NCBI RefSeq assembly: GCF_037042905.1
Contig: NC_087251.1
Span: 16,306,001-16,370,000 of the forward strand
DNA: 64,000 nt
From: Lytechinus pictus
Taxonomy: Eukaryota
Direction: 5' to 3'
The translations under genes were made by a program, and so were the position numbers. Numbering within the stretch: position 1 is the stretch's first letter; every line of letters begins with the position of its first letter. The notes under the pieces are model-generated. The model saw only the letters and a program-made list of their open reading frames with translations. It made no database searches and was not told the DNA's origin. This document shows positions 12,863-26,299 of the stretch, piece after piece.

Positions 12863-15800
12863 TTTAGTAATTTTTCAACCACAGACACCACATTGAGCAT
12901 ATGTTTATGTTAGATGTCTATGCGAAACATTCGAGAATGGATGAAGGGAATCAGAAACGTATACAAGGATGTTTATTGTCTTAAATGCAGACATTGTTAC
13001 GCAACTAGATGACTGTTCGGACAAAAAAATCACGACATGCTACAAATCTACAATCAATGTTATTGTGAAACGTGTCTTGGTGTGTCCTCTGCCATATCCG
13101 ATCACTTTATCCTAGCCTCGGAAACCCCGATCAAGGTAGCGTTTTGGTTTTACCTTAATTCACCTTCACGACTTGCCTGAGCTTCTGAACACAATACACC
13201 GACTTCCTCCAACTCCGGATACATTACCTAGGAGATCCAGTCCGTTAAGGAGAGAGATTATCTCTTGCCCTCAGAGAATCGTGTACTGCTTTAAGACGAA
13301 TCGCAGACAGGACAGAAGGAAAGGGTATGAGCATACTCATGCAGAAGCCCTCAGATTTGAATGTGGTATTCAGTCTAATTTAAAAGCCTATTTTCATTTA
13401 AATGTGAAGATCGTGAATAATTAGATTTGGGGCATTTGTCTATTCACAAAGGTGCTGACGTATGGAATTTATCTTAAAATACACCCAAAGACACTTCATT
13501 AATTAACGATCAACAAAAGCAAGGGCTTCCAGAAGATGAAAACAAACTTAATCGTCTGTTGGTCCATAGGTCAAGTGGTTGGCCGTTAAGACCTGTTGAT
13601 GAAATAGACATGGACAAATTCAAGCCTTTCAAACTAAATTGTTTGCCAAATTTTCATAAGATATGACTTAATGTTTTTCTTAATCTGGAGGAGAGACACC
13701 AAGCTTGCATTTATATAAGACATTAATTGATATATTTTCTAGTAGTCAATCATCCCTATTTCCTGAAGAAAAAGAAAATTATATCAATCGACCGGCGTCA
13801 ATGATAAAATTTAGTCTATGCACCGAATGATATGCAGTGATGAGTCTGACCATCTAGCAACAAGCTCGTAAAAGAGTAAGGTTGAAATTTCGTCACCCTC
13901 CTGACTCTTATCTTTAGTGTATCGATGTATCCTATTGTTGTCACGACCAGGAAGTCATTCGTCTCGAGCTGCTGAAGCAATGTCAGTGGTGTATCCGACC
14001 TGACGCATTCTGTTGTTTAATTGTCCTTACTGCACAGACAACATGAAGGACGGAATGATTCGAGAGGCCAATGCCATATCCGATCCACCGTGGTAATGTT
14101 GTAATGAACAGTCTATCGTTTTATTGCGATCAGGGTCTCTTTATCGATTGACATTGTAGATTATTTTTATTTTGCGGCCATCCTGACCGTAAAAGTGCAG
14201 TTAAGATGCCCTAGCCATAGCAATTGTTAAGCTAATTTTGTTTCATGGGTCATTCATTTTGGAAGTGGTGATAGCCAGGTGATGTATTGTTTTAATCCTG
14301 AGGTCAGTGTGGTCTTCCATTGTCCTCTATGATTTTGTTAAAATCAATTATGAAATTCTTTTTTTAATCGATTACAAAGGCCATTCAAACATAGGGAGTG
14401 AAAACGAGTTTATTAAAATCATTGTGATCGTGATTATTGGCAGTCAGCTAATGATTTATTTTAATAAAACATCTCTTAAATCGTTCCTCTTCTGGCATGA
14501 GTTGTAATTATCGCAAGGATGATGCATGAGCTATAACCGATGTTCTTTCAGAGTTTTCTTCTTTTAATGGCTCCTTGTTAATATATCGACATATTCCCTC
14601 TTGATAAATTTGCGCCAACAAGTTTTCACGTTGACAAATCATATGCTGTATATCTAAAAAGAAATAATATAGGTCACGTATGGGTTGTGCCCAGTGTCAT
14701 TATATCTTAACTGATACCGAGGTAATCAATTGAACATAAATATCCTGTCACCTGGATGGTGGTCTACACTTTTTTTGTCGTGGAATTACTTTTTATGCTG
14801 GTCTTCGTTAACGAAGTCTTCCTTGATATATAGGGATACATTGTGTCTATACTTCAGAGTAGGCTCTCTAAGCACTCTGTATAAGTGATTCTGTTAAGCT
14901 TAGTCTCTAGGCAGAAACACGACACTGTTTAGATGTAGAATATAGGCTTACAAGCTAAAAAGTTTTTGTAAGTGTTATACAACTATAGCGGATGGCTTGT
15001 GTATGTTGTTATTGGATTTACCTTTAATGTTGGTTTGAGAATTTACACATCCCTTTTGGTTATGGCTACTCAATGCAGTTCATGGATTTGACCTATCCTT
15101 TGAATGCAATACTCATCTTTAAATGGAACATTCTTTAAGGCAAGAATAAAATGTTCTCTCTTGACAAGCAACAAAATACATATTTTGGCTATGAATATAC
15201 TCTCAACCTGAGAATAATCCCGTCAGAGAGGAAAGAGTAAAAAAAATATATATATATTTCTACATTTCTCCCGACAACGAAATTTCTAAAACTGCAGGAC
15301 TCTAGCCAAGATAGGCATTCTATGGATCACAAGATCTCCCCTTTGCTGCTATGGCAAAGCCAACATGTGTTTGTTGCTGTTTTCTATGTAAATAACCGTG
15401 TAGCTTCCTCTAGCAATCACCGATGTACTGCAACATACGTTCAAAAGAACACCAAGCACAAGGGAGGTTTATCTTCTTGGGCCCTGACAACGGACAGAGA
15501 AATCATTCCCAATTTACAAAATATTCAATAAAACTTATCAAAATACCTCAAATTGCAATGGAAACTTAAATAATGCCTGTGATAAATTAAAAAAAAACCA
15601 TGGTACCAAAAACACCCCCATTCCGACCACTAAGCAAGTATTTGATATCTACGAATGCCAAGTTTCACTCGACAAAGCTCGTGCAAGCCGAGACTCGGGT
15701 TTTTTCTTCTTGTCATGACGTACACTAGGGTTTTGCGGTTCATCTTAAGGTGATTTAGCTCGTTTAAATCTACTAACAGTCAAATTGGAACCCTCAAATT

Positions 15801-16370
15801 ATTATCTAACACTAACTGAAGGCAATACGTGGCAACACTAATTGCGAGTCTAGACAACAAAAACACGCTTATTTCTAATTACAGTATCACTAGGTTAAAC
15901 CTGATAACTTTGAAACACAAGATGTGATTTCAGGTAATCCTGATGTATAATTCTAGGTGTCGTGCTCACAATATAAATACATGGAGAGTTTTCATTAAAC
16001 TATGGTAGCTCCTTGACAGGCTTGATTTAAATCGTATGTCCATTCTATTTTCTCGACGTCGAAAGGAAGGTGGGTTAAATTTTTCACTTCCCCGACAACA
16101 TATATAAACTTGGCAAGGGCTCTGCAAACAGTTGATTCTTTCATTCTGATAAAGCATATCACAAAGCAAAAATGTTGCAGTACTCAAGATGAGGGATGGC
16201 AACGTAAAGGCAGCTGTTTGAAATATATGTTCTGTGCTAGTTTTGATGACTCGAGTTAGCAATATTGTCTTCATCTTCATGCGTTGCTTGCTCATCCTTC
16301 CATTGTAACACATACCATATTTTTCAAGGAATGACAGATACAATATTTGATCAAATCGGTGTTACAAAAC

Positions 16371-16700
16371 TGAATTTGAATTTTAAATTTGAATTTATTG
16401 GTTTATTCAACCTCTAATTTATCAATATTTCAAAGGACAAAGTGAAATACAATTCAATACTCTCACACTTTTCTCGCCCAACAAATCCAAACCTTTAAGG
16501 GTGACAGCGTCTACAGACCTTGGAAGAAAGAGTGATGTAAGAACAAAAGGCGAGCTGTGACTTCAAGGTTTAAGCATCATCAACAGTGACAAAAGCTATA
16601 GCCCACAGCGGTAGGACAGTTTGGCGGATTTCCAAGCTTAATTCCTTCTAGGTTAACTCTGATAAATACCAAATTACAAAAAACGAATTCACTTCTAAAA
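16371..16700 (-). mobile_element. LINE (CR1/L2/Crack-like) 3' end remnant
   Basis: The minus strand ends in AATAAA plus a degenerate (ATTCAA)n tail, preceded by a residual EGIKAWKS reading that resembles the G-K-WN C-terminal motif. Approximate limits. Confidence 0.3.
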
Positions 16701-17748
16701 TTTGGCGGGAAAAGGGGTGACACGGCACCAACTTACAGCTACCCGGTACCAACTATACTCTCACATAATGTATGGAGGAAATGCTAATTAAAATACACGA
16801 CAGGGAAATTGTAACGGGTTAAAAGATGTATACAGTAGGCACTTGTCATGATTCCTATGGTAGACTTATAAAGACAGATGTGGTAGAGAATAATTACAAA
16901 ACATATTAATTTATGTATAAAGTTAAGTTTAGATTATGAAAATACAGGTATCCAATATGACTTGAGTCTATACTTTCCAGTAGATACGGTTACAACCTTC
17001 GTGAATATCATGTATGATACTGCGAAGATTCTTTGCATCAGTTTCTGATTTACACGAATGTAAAAGGAAACGGCTCCTTAATACAAACGGTTAAGGCAGT
17101 GTGAGCACGGATGTTTGCAGAAACCTACGGGAACTGCAACATTAAAAGAGTCTTTCCATTGCCTTCCATTGCAGTTCATCTGCTGACTCAACACATCGAC
17201 ACTTTTTACCGCAAGTGATTGGTATGGTTTTCTCATGTTAAAGCTCACAGTGACTTTTCTTAACCATGAGAAGGGTTTTACCGTTCACGTAACTTGGAAC
17301 GCCACCGATTCTTTAGCAGTGGTGACGTTGCCTAATACATCCACAGGAGCCGCACATGCGATACGGTTGATGAACGTGAGTTGGCTAGTGTCCAACTCTG
17401 GGGTGAGCATCGCTGTCTTCTGAAGATTGCAGCACAGCAGCACAGAATCTCATTCTCAGCACAGTCCTTGGACTATATCTTTCAGTGCAGTCCTTAGAAT
17501 ATATATCTTTCTTTGGTTACAGATCAGGCTACATGTATTAAACGAATATGCAAGAGGAGTCCAGGTTCTGGTGATAAGGATTAAGACTAGTCATAGATGG
17601 ATATGCAGAATCATATCGTTGTTGTTGAGGTATCCACAAAGTAGCAAGACACCAATTAATGAACTTTGGAGAATACCAAATGACTGTGGTATCAGACAGA
17701 CGTTTGCGAATATAAGTATGTAATGCACATCTATATTCTGGTTAAGAA

Positions 17749-17888
17749 CATAGGCGGGGGGTCCTGTCCCCCCAAAAAAAATTGTTGATAACCTTTTTTC
17801 TTTTTTTTTGCTTGTCAATTTTTTTACCTGTATCCATCCCAAAATTTCAGGTGGACCCCCCTAAATTTTTTGACTTCCGACGCGAATG
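17749..17888. mobile_element. Short hAT-type G-string MITE
   Basis: Termini CATAGGCG...CGCGAATG. Perfect 8-bp TSD GTTAAGAA at 17741-17748 and 17889-17896. Confidence 0.75.
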
Positions 17889-18852
17889 GTTAAGAAGAAC
17901 TATAAAACATATTTACGCAACACAACAAACAACTAAATAAAGTAATAAACTGCATAAAAGCAAAACCAAATATTCAAAATAATTATGCCCTATGATAAGC
18001 CTGACTTCACTTTATTTTCGTTGTATTGTATCATAACACTTTTGCTTTTTTATGTTTTGTTTATGGCAAAATAAAGAAATTCTCGGATCGGATTAAGTTG
18101 CATAGTGCAGTCCCATACCGAAATCCCGGGTTGTTCTGTTGGAGCATTTGTGTATTTTTTTTAAATTCACGTTCAATCAGCGTTGGTCTTGAAATTATTA
18201 CCTAAACATTCTACCTAAACGAACGCATTTTTTTTTCTTTTCCCACAAATGAACTTGAGCCTTACTAAGGTAGAACACGTTGTGAAGGAAGTGTGTGTAC
18301 AGATGGTGAACATTAACTGGCAGAACTCCAATTCCTTCCATTTCCCTTACATTCGTGGAGGGGGGCAAACCGGAGGTGTGCAATAGAAGCCCGTGATCAC
18401 GATAGGGGTGAAAATGTAACATACTTTGGACATGTAGGTATTCTTAACTTTTTAGACCTTCTCTTGTTTGACCTTCATTTATCTACAGCTGAATATGTTT
18501 AGAGGATATCTTGTAATTAGCCTATCCCTAGCATGACGGTTTCGGTTTCAGTTTCAAGTCCAACTTGTCGCGTCAAAATTCATATGTACAATAATTTCAT
18601 TTTATTTTATTCTAATTCATCTAACAATAAACAAAGATATTATTCATGGTAGATTTAATCATTACAAATGTAGCAGTAAAAAGATAGGGGAGATTGTTTT
18701 ATATGCATATAAACCGTATTATACAATTCGGACTCCTTTTGATAGTAATTTTACAGTTATACTGCGCTGCAAAAGCTCATGATATGGTTGAAATAGTTCA
18801 TTGAAAAAAATATGTACTTTAATTTTTTAGCTAAAGAAATATTTAAGATGAC

Positions 18853-18990
18853 AAATTCAATTCAATTCAATTTATTGACCATTAAAAATACATCAAAATA
18901 TTTACAAAAATAACATGATACAAACAAACTAATTACTGATTCTAAAGGCAATATATATTCAGGAGTTAAGAGAACCACATGCAATTTTTC
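18853..18990 (-). mobile_element. LINE 3' tail remnant
   Basis: Plus strand (AATTC)3 AATTTATT reads as AATAAA + (TTGAA)n on the minus strand, the simple-repeat tail typical of CR1/L2-group elements. Confidence 0.35.
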
Positions 18991-21900
18991 ACTGAGAGAA
19001 TATCCACACAATCTGAGTTATAAAAACAGTAGGCCGTATCTCAGGGAATTCGCGTTAAAAAACGATGTAATTAAGATACGTTCATTTGGTTTGAGTTCAA
19101 TTCAATTATTGTTTAAAATATTCAAAATTAAGATACATAATGATTAGTTTAGTGAAGAATTGGTCAGTCGAATGGATTTCCCAAATAGCTTATTCTTGTT
19201 GTGCCATCCAATAATGACAAAAAATATTAAATAAAGATATGCATGTACAAATATTGTTTCATGACAGAGTTTGGGCCAAAATGAGTTGCAAGAAATACAT
19301 AATTTTTTTTCTTTAAAAATCAAACTTTCATTGACAGTGTAATTAATCATTGTGATTAATAGTCCAATTCATTTAATACTCATACAGACCATCACCCCTT
19401 CAAAGAGATAAAAGGGGGAGACTGACAGATAAAGAGGGATAGAGAGAGAGAAAAAAACCAAATCATTGAACCAGAAGAAGTGTGGAAGTCATAGGGTGAC
19501 ACAAACATATACACACCCACACAAACATAAAAATAACGGGCAATATATCGCATGAAATCGAGTTTGAGGGGTGAGTGTGCGTGTGTGAGTGACAAAGAGT
19601 GATGGTTTGTGGGAAGACATGACTGTTTGTGTGGGAACGGGTGTCAGTGTGCCAGTGTGCGGGTGTGTTAGGCATGGTCACTTACTACCACTTACACACA
19701 AACACGAGAATATACAGTGAACAGAAGACGTCCTCGTTTGCGCACTAATACAATGGTGCAAATCATATGATTTTGCATATAGAGGTAAAGTAAACAAAAT
19801 AATAATAAATTCAGAAATATATAAGATGTCCTTTATTGAATATAAAATTTCATATGGTCCTTGGTTAATCAGTTTCTTACTTACTTGAGTTAAGTCTTCA
19901 ATACTTTTTTTCTGAAAATAAGTATTGTCCTTGATTCACATCTAAACTTTTGTTGGATGAGGGTGTGGTGTGTATAGGAAGTGGGTTTGGTGGAGAGGGG
20001 GGGGGGGGCGACCGATTGAAGGGAGATAGATTAATAAAGTATTACTTTTGGTTCTTTTCCACTCGTAAGAATTTTCATATTCATTGAATAAAAGATTCTT
20101 AAAAAATATCAAACAATAAGAATAAATTGAGATTATATAACATATACAATTTTCGCATTTCTGAAGTAGGTCAGGCTGTTTTGTGGATTTGTTTCTTACA
20201 GCATGCCATACTAGGATATTGCATAATTTTTAATCACCATACAAATTCCAAAGGAGCACAATATTCTATTAAAAAATGCACGCATTACTGAAACTTTCCT
20301 TCAAATTCTGGTTCTTTCGCAGTGATAAATCTGATAACAAATATTATTTACTAACAGATGTTTTTTTCCCCTCGATCCTGATATACACGTGCCTCGACGT
20401 GCGTCTAATGAGGTATCGGCAAACATTGCATAAAGGCAAAACAGCGACACAGCACTTTTGATTCATAACCCAGCCGTCCTCTACCGCGAAAAGCGAGGTA
20501 TCCGAAAATTGAATCGAATGAGAAATTGAATGTGATTAGCTGAGAGGAATGATTGATTAAGATTGCCTGTCAATGAGATCATTGCAAGTACAGACACACT
20601 ATCATTTCATTGAGAACTTCAGTCATGCTCGCGTGTCAATATCTCAATTGATTCCTCAGCGTTCATCTTTCGTGCTTCGAAAGATCATTTATAAAAAGAA
20701 AATCTACAATATACGCTTTTAGACTATAAAAAGAATCAACATCATATTAGTGAGAATACTGAACTTTTTCATTCGCAAAATTTTAGTTCGGAATAAATCA
20801 AATCCAAGAACATAATAACATTATAAAGTTGATAACATTAGAAAACAATCATTTGATTTAATGACCTAATCTATTTGTGGATCATCTATTACAATCGTTT
20901 CATATATTAAATCCAATTTGAGACATTTGGAGTGGGTTTAACCCTCTCCTTTTCCCCATCCATGGAATTTAAGACAATCCGTTCAATTAAAATATTTTTA
21001 AATCTTAGTTGCATGAAGTGACTCCTTCCGCTCCTGAAAATATTGTAGGTAAAGTTATGAAAAGTAGTATAAAGCAACCATAATATATACCGACCGATAT
21101 AATTCTCAACAACCAAAGCCAAGGTAAACATGCAACTTAATCTCTTATTATTTTGAAGGAAATTATATATTTTGAAAGCAACAAAACAGATCTAATCAAA
21201 TACGATCCTAAAAGATTATTTTTTGGGTCATAGTGGTAGAAAGTAAACCATATATAACGTCATTTGAGCAAAGTGCTAATTTCCATAATGTCCCTGTTTT
21301 TTTAAAGGTATTTTGAAGAGATAAATTTAAACGAACAAAGTTGTCAACCAGAGAGTGCTCCCATTGCATGTAGCAAAAGTTATTGAATTTTCATCTTTCA
21401 CACATCGTACAATGTAAACAAAAGGATTTAGTAAACTTTACCCAATATTGGTTTGAAAGGAAACATGCATGTTTGTTGGGTGAAATATTAGGTAAAAGTC
21501 TGTCCCATAGGGATGTTATCACCCAAAGTTTAGTAAAAATTTACACAGCACTTTTAACCCAATATTGATTAACCTCTTTTTTTTTAATAAAGTACAAGGG
21601 TTAACGACCAAAGTTTACACTCTCTAATTAACTATGTTGAAGACAAAGACTTTTACCTTATTCTTTAGATGTCAATGTTTGGTTTGGTCTGTCAAATTTG
21701 AGTTCTCCATGAATATTATTAGTAGTTTGTCCGACCCAAGAGGAAGCGGGAAACCCTGGGTCGCCGGTTTCACTTTTAACCCTGCACTTGCATCCCCTTA
21801 ACCATTAACTCCTGTTATATCGATCGTTTATTACGTCGCAAAATTAAGGGGCTGACGTTATTGAGATATTAGTAGAATGGGCGGCAGGTTTCAAAGCTAT

Positions 21901-23197
21901 AATTAACAAAAACAATATTTTATATGCGATACACATCCAAATGAACGCATGAATTAGTTTGCCAGATTCTACTTTCCTGTACTTAGATCCCTAATTTGTA
22001 AGCATATACGTGTATCTGGCCTTCGTACGTTGTCCTTTAGTACCCTATGACTTATTGACACGCCATACAACCAGCAATTGTATTCAAGATATGTATTCTT
22101 ATTGAAATGAATGTAAGGTGGAAATAAAAAAGGAAAAACTCAAAGAAGAAAAAATTTACATCTAAATTTCAAGCTAAGACGTCCCTGCCACTGATGATGG
22201 CTGGGCCCACAGATATTTGGCGTTATTAGTATATATAACTTTATGGCTGGGCCATGGCAATGTTTGGTCTTTAATTGGTTGTCCGTGGCCTTTCATTCAG
22301 CCCATGCTATTGTTTGTCCGACCGGAGCCAATTGCAAAAAGAGTTGTCTTTGAACCCAACTCAAGGAATCGAGCGCAAACCTTATGTACCCAATTTTGAT
22401 TGGTTTAAAATCAAGTTGCGATCGATGTTCAGAGTTGTGTTTGATCTCATCTCCTTATGCAATGAGCCTCTGATGACACACTGTCTAGTCTGAAATTTCC
22501 TTTCGAATTACTGTAATCGGACTTTTCTTGTAGACTCTTTTCTTGTAGCGATTCTTTATAATAACACCGTTCCTTTAAGAATTATTCAATCATGATCCAC
22601 CCTTGAGTTTTTGTTTTATCTGATTGACCTTAATTACTACCTATTGATTAAAATTTGTTTCATGCATAGCATGAAAATTTAACAACTTGTTTCTGTCGTC
22701 TAGGATGTGCATATACAGTATTTACTAATATAATTATTGCGAGTGTCCAATAGGTCATGTTTATGGTATGAGTGTGTGCGAATGTGTGTATTAACATCAT
22801 ACAAACCAAAATTTGCATTGATACGACCCCCTTCCCACCCTCCTCCTTCTCTTATTCTTCCTCTCTCTATCCCCCTCTCTATACCTTTTATTCTCATGAT
22901 GAGAGTTTTAAACTCGAGACTTTAAAGTTGACATTATCTCATGGAGAGTAATTTGATTTCAACAAGGCTATGTTTAAAAGAAACCCATGAATAGTGGATA
23001 TTGCCTTATGTGACAATATCCTGTTATATTTCCGATAACCCTGTCCTGCGCTGCCCGAATTCTTTAAAGGGAAGAGAAGTCATTATTGGTGCAAGCTGTG
23101 TTAAGAAAGTAGATTGAATAAATAATGTCGCTTAGAATATAACCTATCAGTAAAACTCAATGATCCCGAATGTACAAATATGTCGCATATTGGATAA

Positions 23198-23447
23198 CAT
23201 GGCCGTACGCATTGAGGGAGGGGGCAAGGGGCAGTTGCCTCCCGGAAATTTTGACAACTTACTTTTTTACTGAAAATTTCTACAAAATTCACCAAAAGTA
23301 TGCACGAAATCCTTCTATTTCACTTTACAAAATGCAAAAGCGCCAAAATGACAAGCCTGGTTGCTTCGCTCCCTCGCTATAGAGTTTATTTTTTTGAAAA
23401 AGTTTACGCCCCCCCCCCCCAGCAAAAAAATTCTGCGTACGGCTATA
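23198..23447. mobile_element. hAT-type G-string MITE
   Basis: TIR CATGGCCGTACGCA / TGCGTACGGCTATA. 8-bp TSD TTGGATAA / TTGGAGAA (7/8). Internal C12 string. Confidence 0.78.
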
Positions 23448-25364
23448 TTGGAGAATGTTCATGTCCGATAGGTTTGGGAACTAATACCTACGAATCTTCG
23501 ATGAATTATAATCAATCGAACTTCAGTATTCGTTTGAATTACAAACAATAAAACAATATATGAAAAAGATGGGTCCATCTGTAATGATTTTTACTATAGA
23601 TTTTGTTTTTAATTCTGGTAAACAATCTCCTTGAACTCATCAGCATAATACATTCTTAACATTTGTTCCAAAATATAGAATAGTTTTTAAGGAGGGTGTG
23701 TCACAAGTTTATTCTTTACCCTCGCATTAAAATGTTGTTGAAAGTTATTCACACAATTATAACTTCTGTAAACAACATGTGTGTGTTATAATCAGATTAA
23801 GCCTTCCTATTACCATCTATAGTAATGGAATAAAAAAATTCTGAAACTCAAATATATTTGCGATTTAGAAGTATTTAATGAAACCATATCGTGAAGGTTT
23901 TTTTTTCTTATTTTTAAATTTTGTCTAGCGTCCTCTTGAAGGATGTTAACATTAGAGCTTCCGTAGTTGTCAACTTGTCAATGTCCTTTGCGTTGTCTTG
24001 TGTTGCATCGTTCCATTGTCAAAACTGTGACTTTTTTCTCCTCCATAAATGGATCACTATCCTGTAATTTTTATCATATTGCCATGGTTTCCGATCGGGA
24101 AGACATTAAGTGATGGGCATATTAAAGGTTAGATTGTTACACCTCATTCCCATTGTCGTACGATCCGTTACGAACAGCACCATTGGCCTTTCGTAACTGA
24201 TCGCGAACATGTATGAACTATTCAATACGATTGCCTCGACTGAACTGATACGATGTTATACGTTCTGATACGATCATTACGATTACTTCACGATTAAAAC
24301 CACCGTTTCAATCGTGACAGTTCGAACTACATGTAAGTATTAAGGTCAGGTATTTCATATGATTGTTACTTTGGTACCACGGAGAATTTTGTACATACGA
24401 ACAATCACAAAATAAACAGTTTCAATATTTTCGCTAGTTTAGGAAAGATGAGCGATCATGAGTTTGTAGTCATAAAGTTTAATAAATGTATGATGACGAG
24501 ATTGTCTATATGCATGAGTGATTTAATAACAAATTGCATAAAAGGATATTTGTTTATCCCCATATATTTACCTTAAAACTAAGTTTTTACAACAGTGTGT
24601 CTTTTGAGGCTGATTTGCTCTCATTTCTCTACTCTTTGTCTTTATGATTTGTTATGTTTTACTCAATGTCGAAACTGACAAATACTGTTCGTTATAAGTG
24701 AGAATCAACCTTAACCTGAATTTAAATTCTTTGAAAAACCGTTTTAAGTTAAAAATTATTCAATAAGATGATGAAACAGCTTCTCTCTATATAAATAGAC
24801 CCAAAAAATCTAATTATTGAGTGGAGTGCAACCTACTATATCAAAATGATCTGTGATAAATGACAAAACTTTTGAATTCAAAGCCAAAGAAAGTTCAACG
24901 TTTATCGTATAAGAAACCCCTTCCAAGTTACGTCCTTTAAAAACTAGGCAGCACTGGCTGACATGTCGCATTTCTCGTAGAATGAGGGCAATTCATGTCT
25001 GACAGCATAATTCTATGTTTGCAATTAGCGCCCACTAGTCTTCCTTGGATAATCTTGACTTGCAGTAGTCTCCCGAATAACGATGGAAATAGCAATTTGG
25101 CGGAAGAAACTTTAACAGCAAATTATGGACATTGGCAATCAACGCATAGAGAACGTACCCGCTGAATGCAAAATCAACCGCTTTAACGTCGGAAACGTCA
25201 AATTCTCCAATATGGCAATAAAAAGATACTATATGGTTTCTTCTAGTATATAGTTTTATTAGAACGATTATTCGCAATAACTTTTTTTTTTACAAAAAAG
25301 AGAAATCTGCCCTTGCAGTATTATTAGCAGAAGATACACCAAAAAGGGGGAATGTTTAAAGTAC

Positions 25365-25544
25365 TAGTAGTAGTGACTGTGGCAAAAGAAGCGACAGTGG
25401 TAGCGGTCATGGTGGTGGTGGTGGTAGACGTGTAGCATCATCAGAATCAATAGCAGTCGGCAGAAGTAACAGTAGTGTTAACTTGTGTTGTAGTAGTGGT
25501 AGTGATAAATGTAATAGAAGTAGTAGTAATGGTAGTAGTAGTAA

Positions 25545-25600
<56 letters not shown>

Positions 25601-25663
25601 TAGCAGCAGTAGCAGTAGCAGCAATAGTAGTATATAGTAGTAGTAGTAGTAGTAGTAGTAGTC

Positions 25664-25707
<44 letters not shown>

Positions 25708-25740
25708 GGTGGTGACGGTGGTACCGTAGAAGTAGTTGAA
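25365..25740. repeat. Compound (TAG)n microsatellite with (GGT)n and (GCA) variants
   Basis: Long pure AGT runs at ~25545-25600 and ~25636-25698 with degenerate flanks. Confidence 0.97.
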
Positions 25741-26299
25741 GTAATAACAGGCCTATATAAGCAGCAATAAAAACAGCAGTCATCGCCATAACTGTAGCAT
25801 GAACATTCGTGAATATTTCGTCATTATACATTGAGTCGTGGAGTGTGAGACTGTGGGTGAGTGTAATTAAATTTTCACTAATGTTATCATATTGCATTCA
25901 TTATATAAGAACTACAACTCCAACATGAACACACCCAATATAAAGTTTATGTAAACACGCCATCGATTAGAGACAAAATGACACTTGACCAAAACGGAAC
26001 ACCTATAGATAACATTGTAATCATGAAGATGATATAGGTCTATGTTACCAGTGAATGAACTTCCATTCTATTATGACCAGCATGTGTCTATAACTTGCTG
26101 TGGATGATACCTAATACCAAAATATAGTCCTAGTCAGATCCGTTGTTTGTTCGTGACATGATTTATATTCAGTTATCTAAATATAGGCCTATCTTCCATG
26201 AATTAACAAATACATGACATTACTGAAATTAATAATTCAAAAGATGGTTTAACTGTTATGGGTAATGAAAAATTGTCTCCTTACCACTGGGGACTCCTG

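Noticed and set aside
13850-15000. Coding-like composition, possible old transposase (similar block at 27690-28330)
   Set aside because: No sustained frame or recognisable motif by eye; needs blastx.
24135-24330. ACGAT-rich short repeats (and CCCAATATT repeats at 21435-21570)
   Set aside because: Probably subterminal repeats of eroded DNA transposons; ends and TSDs could not be defined.
25478-25897. Poly-Tyr/His (minus) and poly-Ser (plus) ORFs
   Set aside because: Translation artefacts of the (TAG)n microsatellite.
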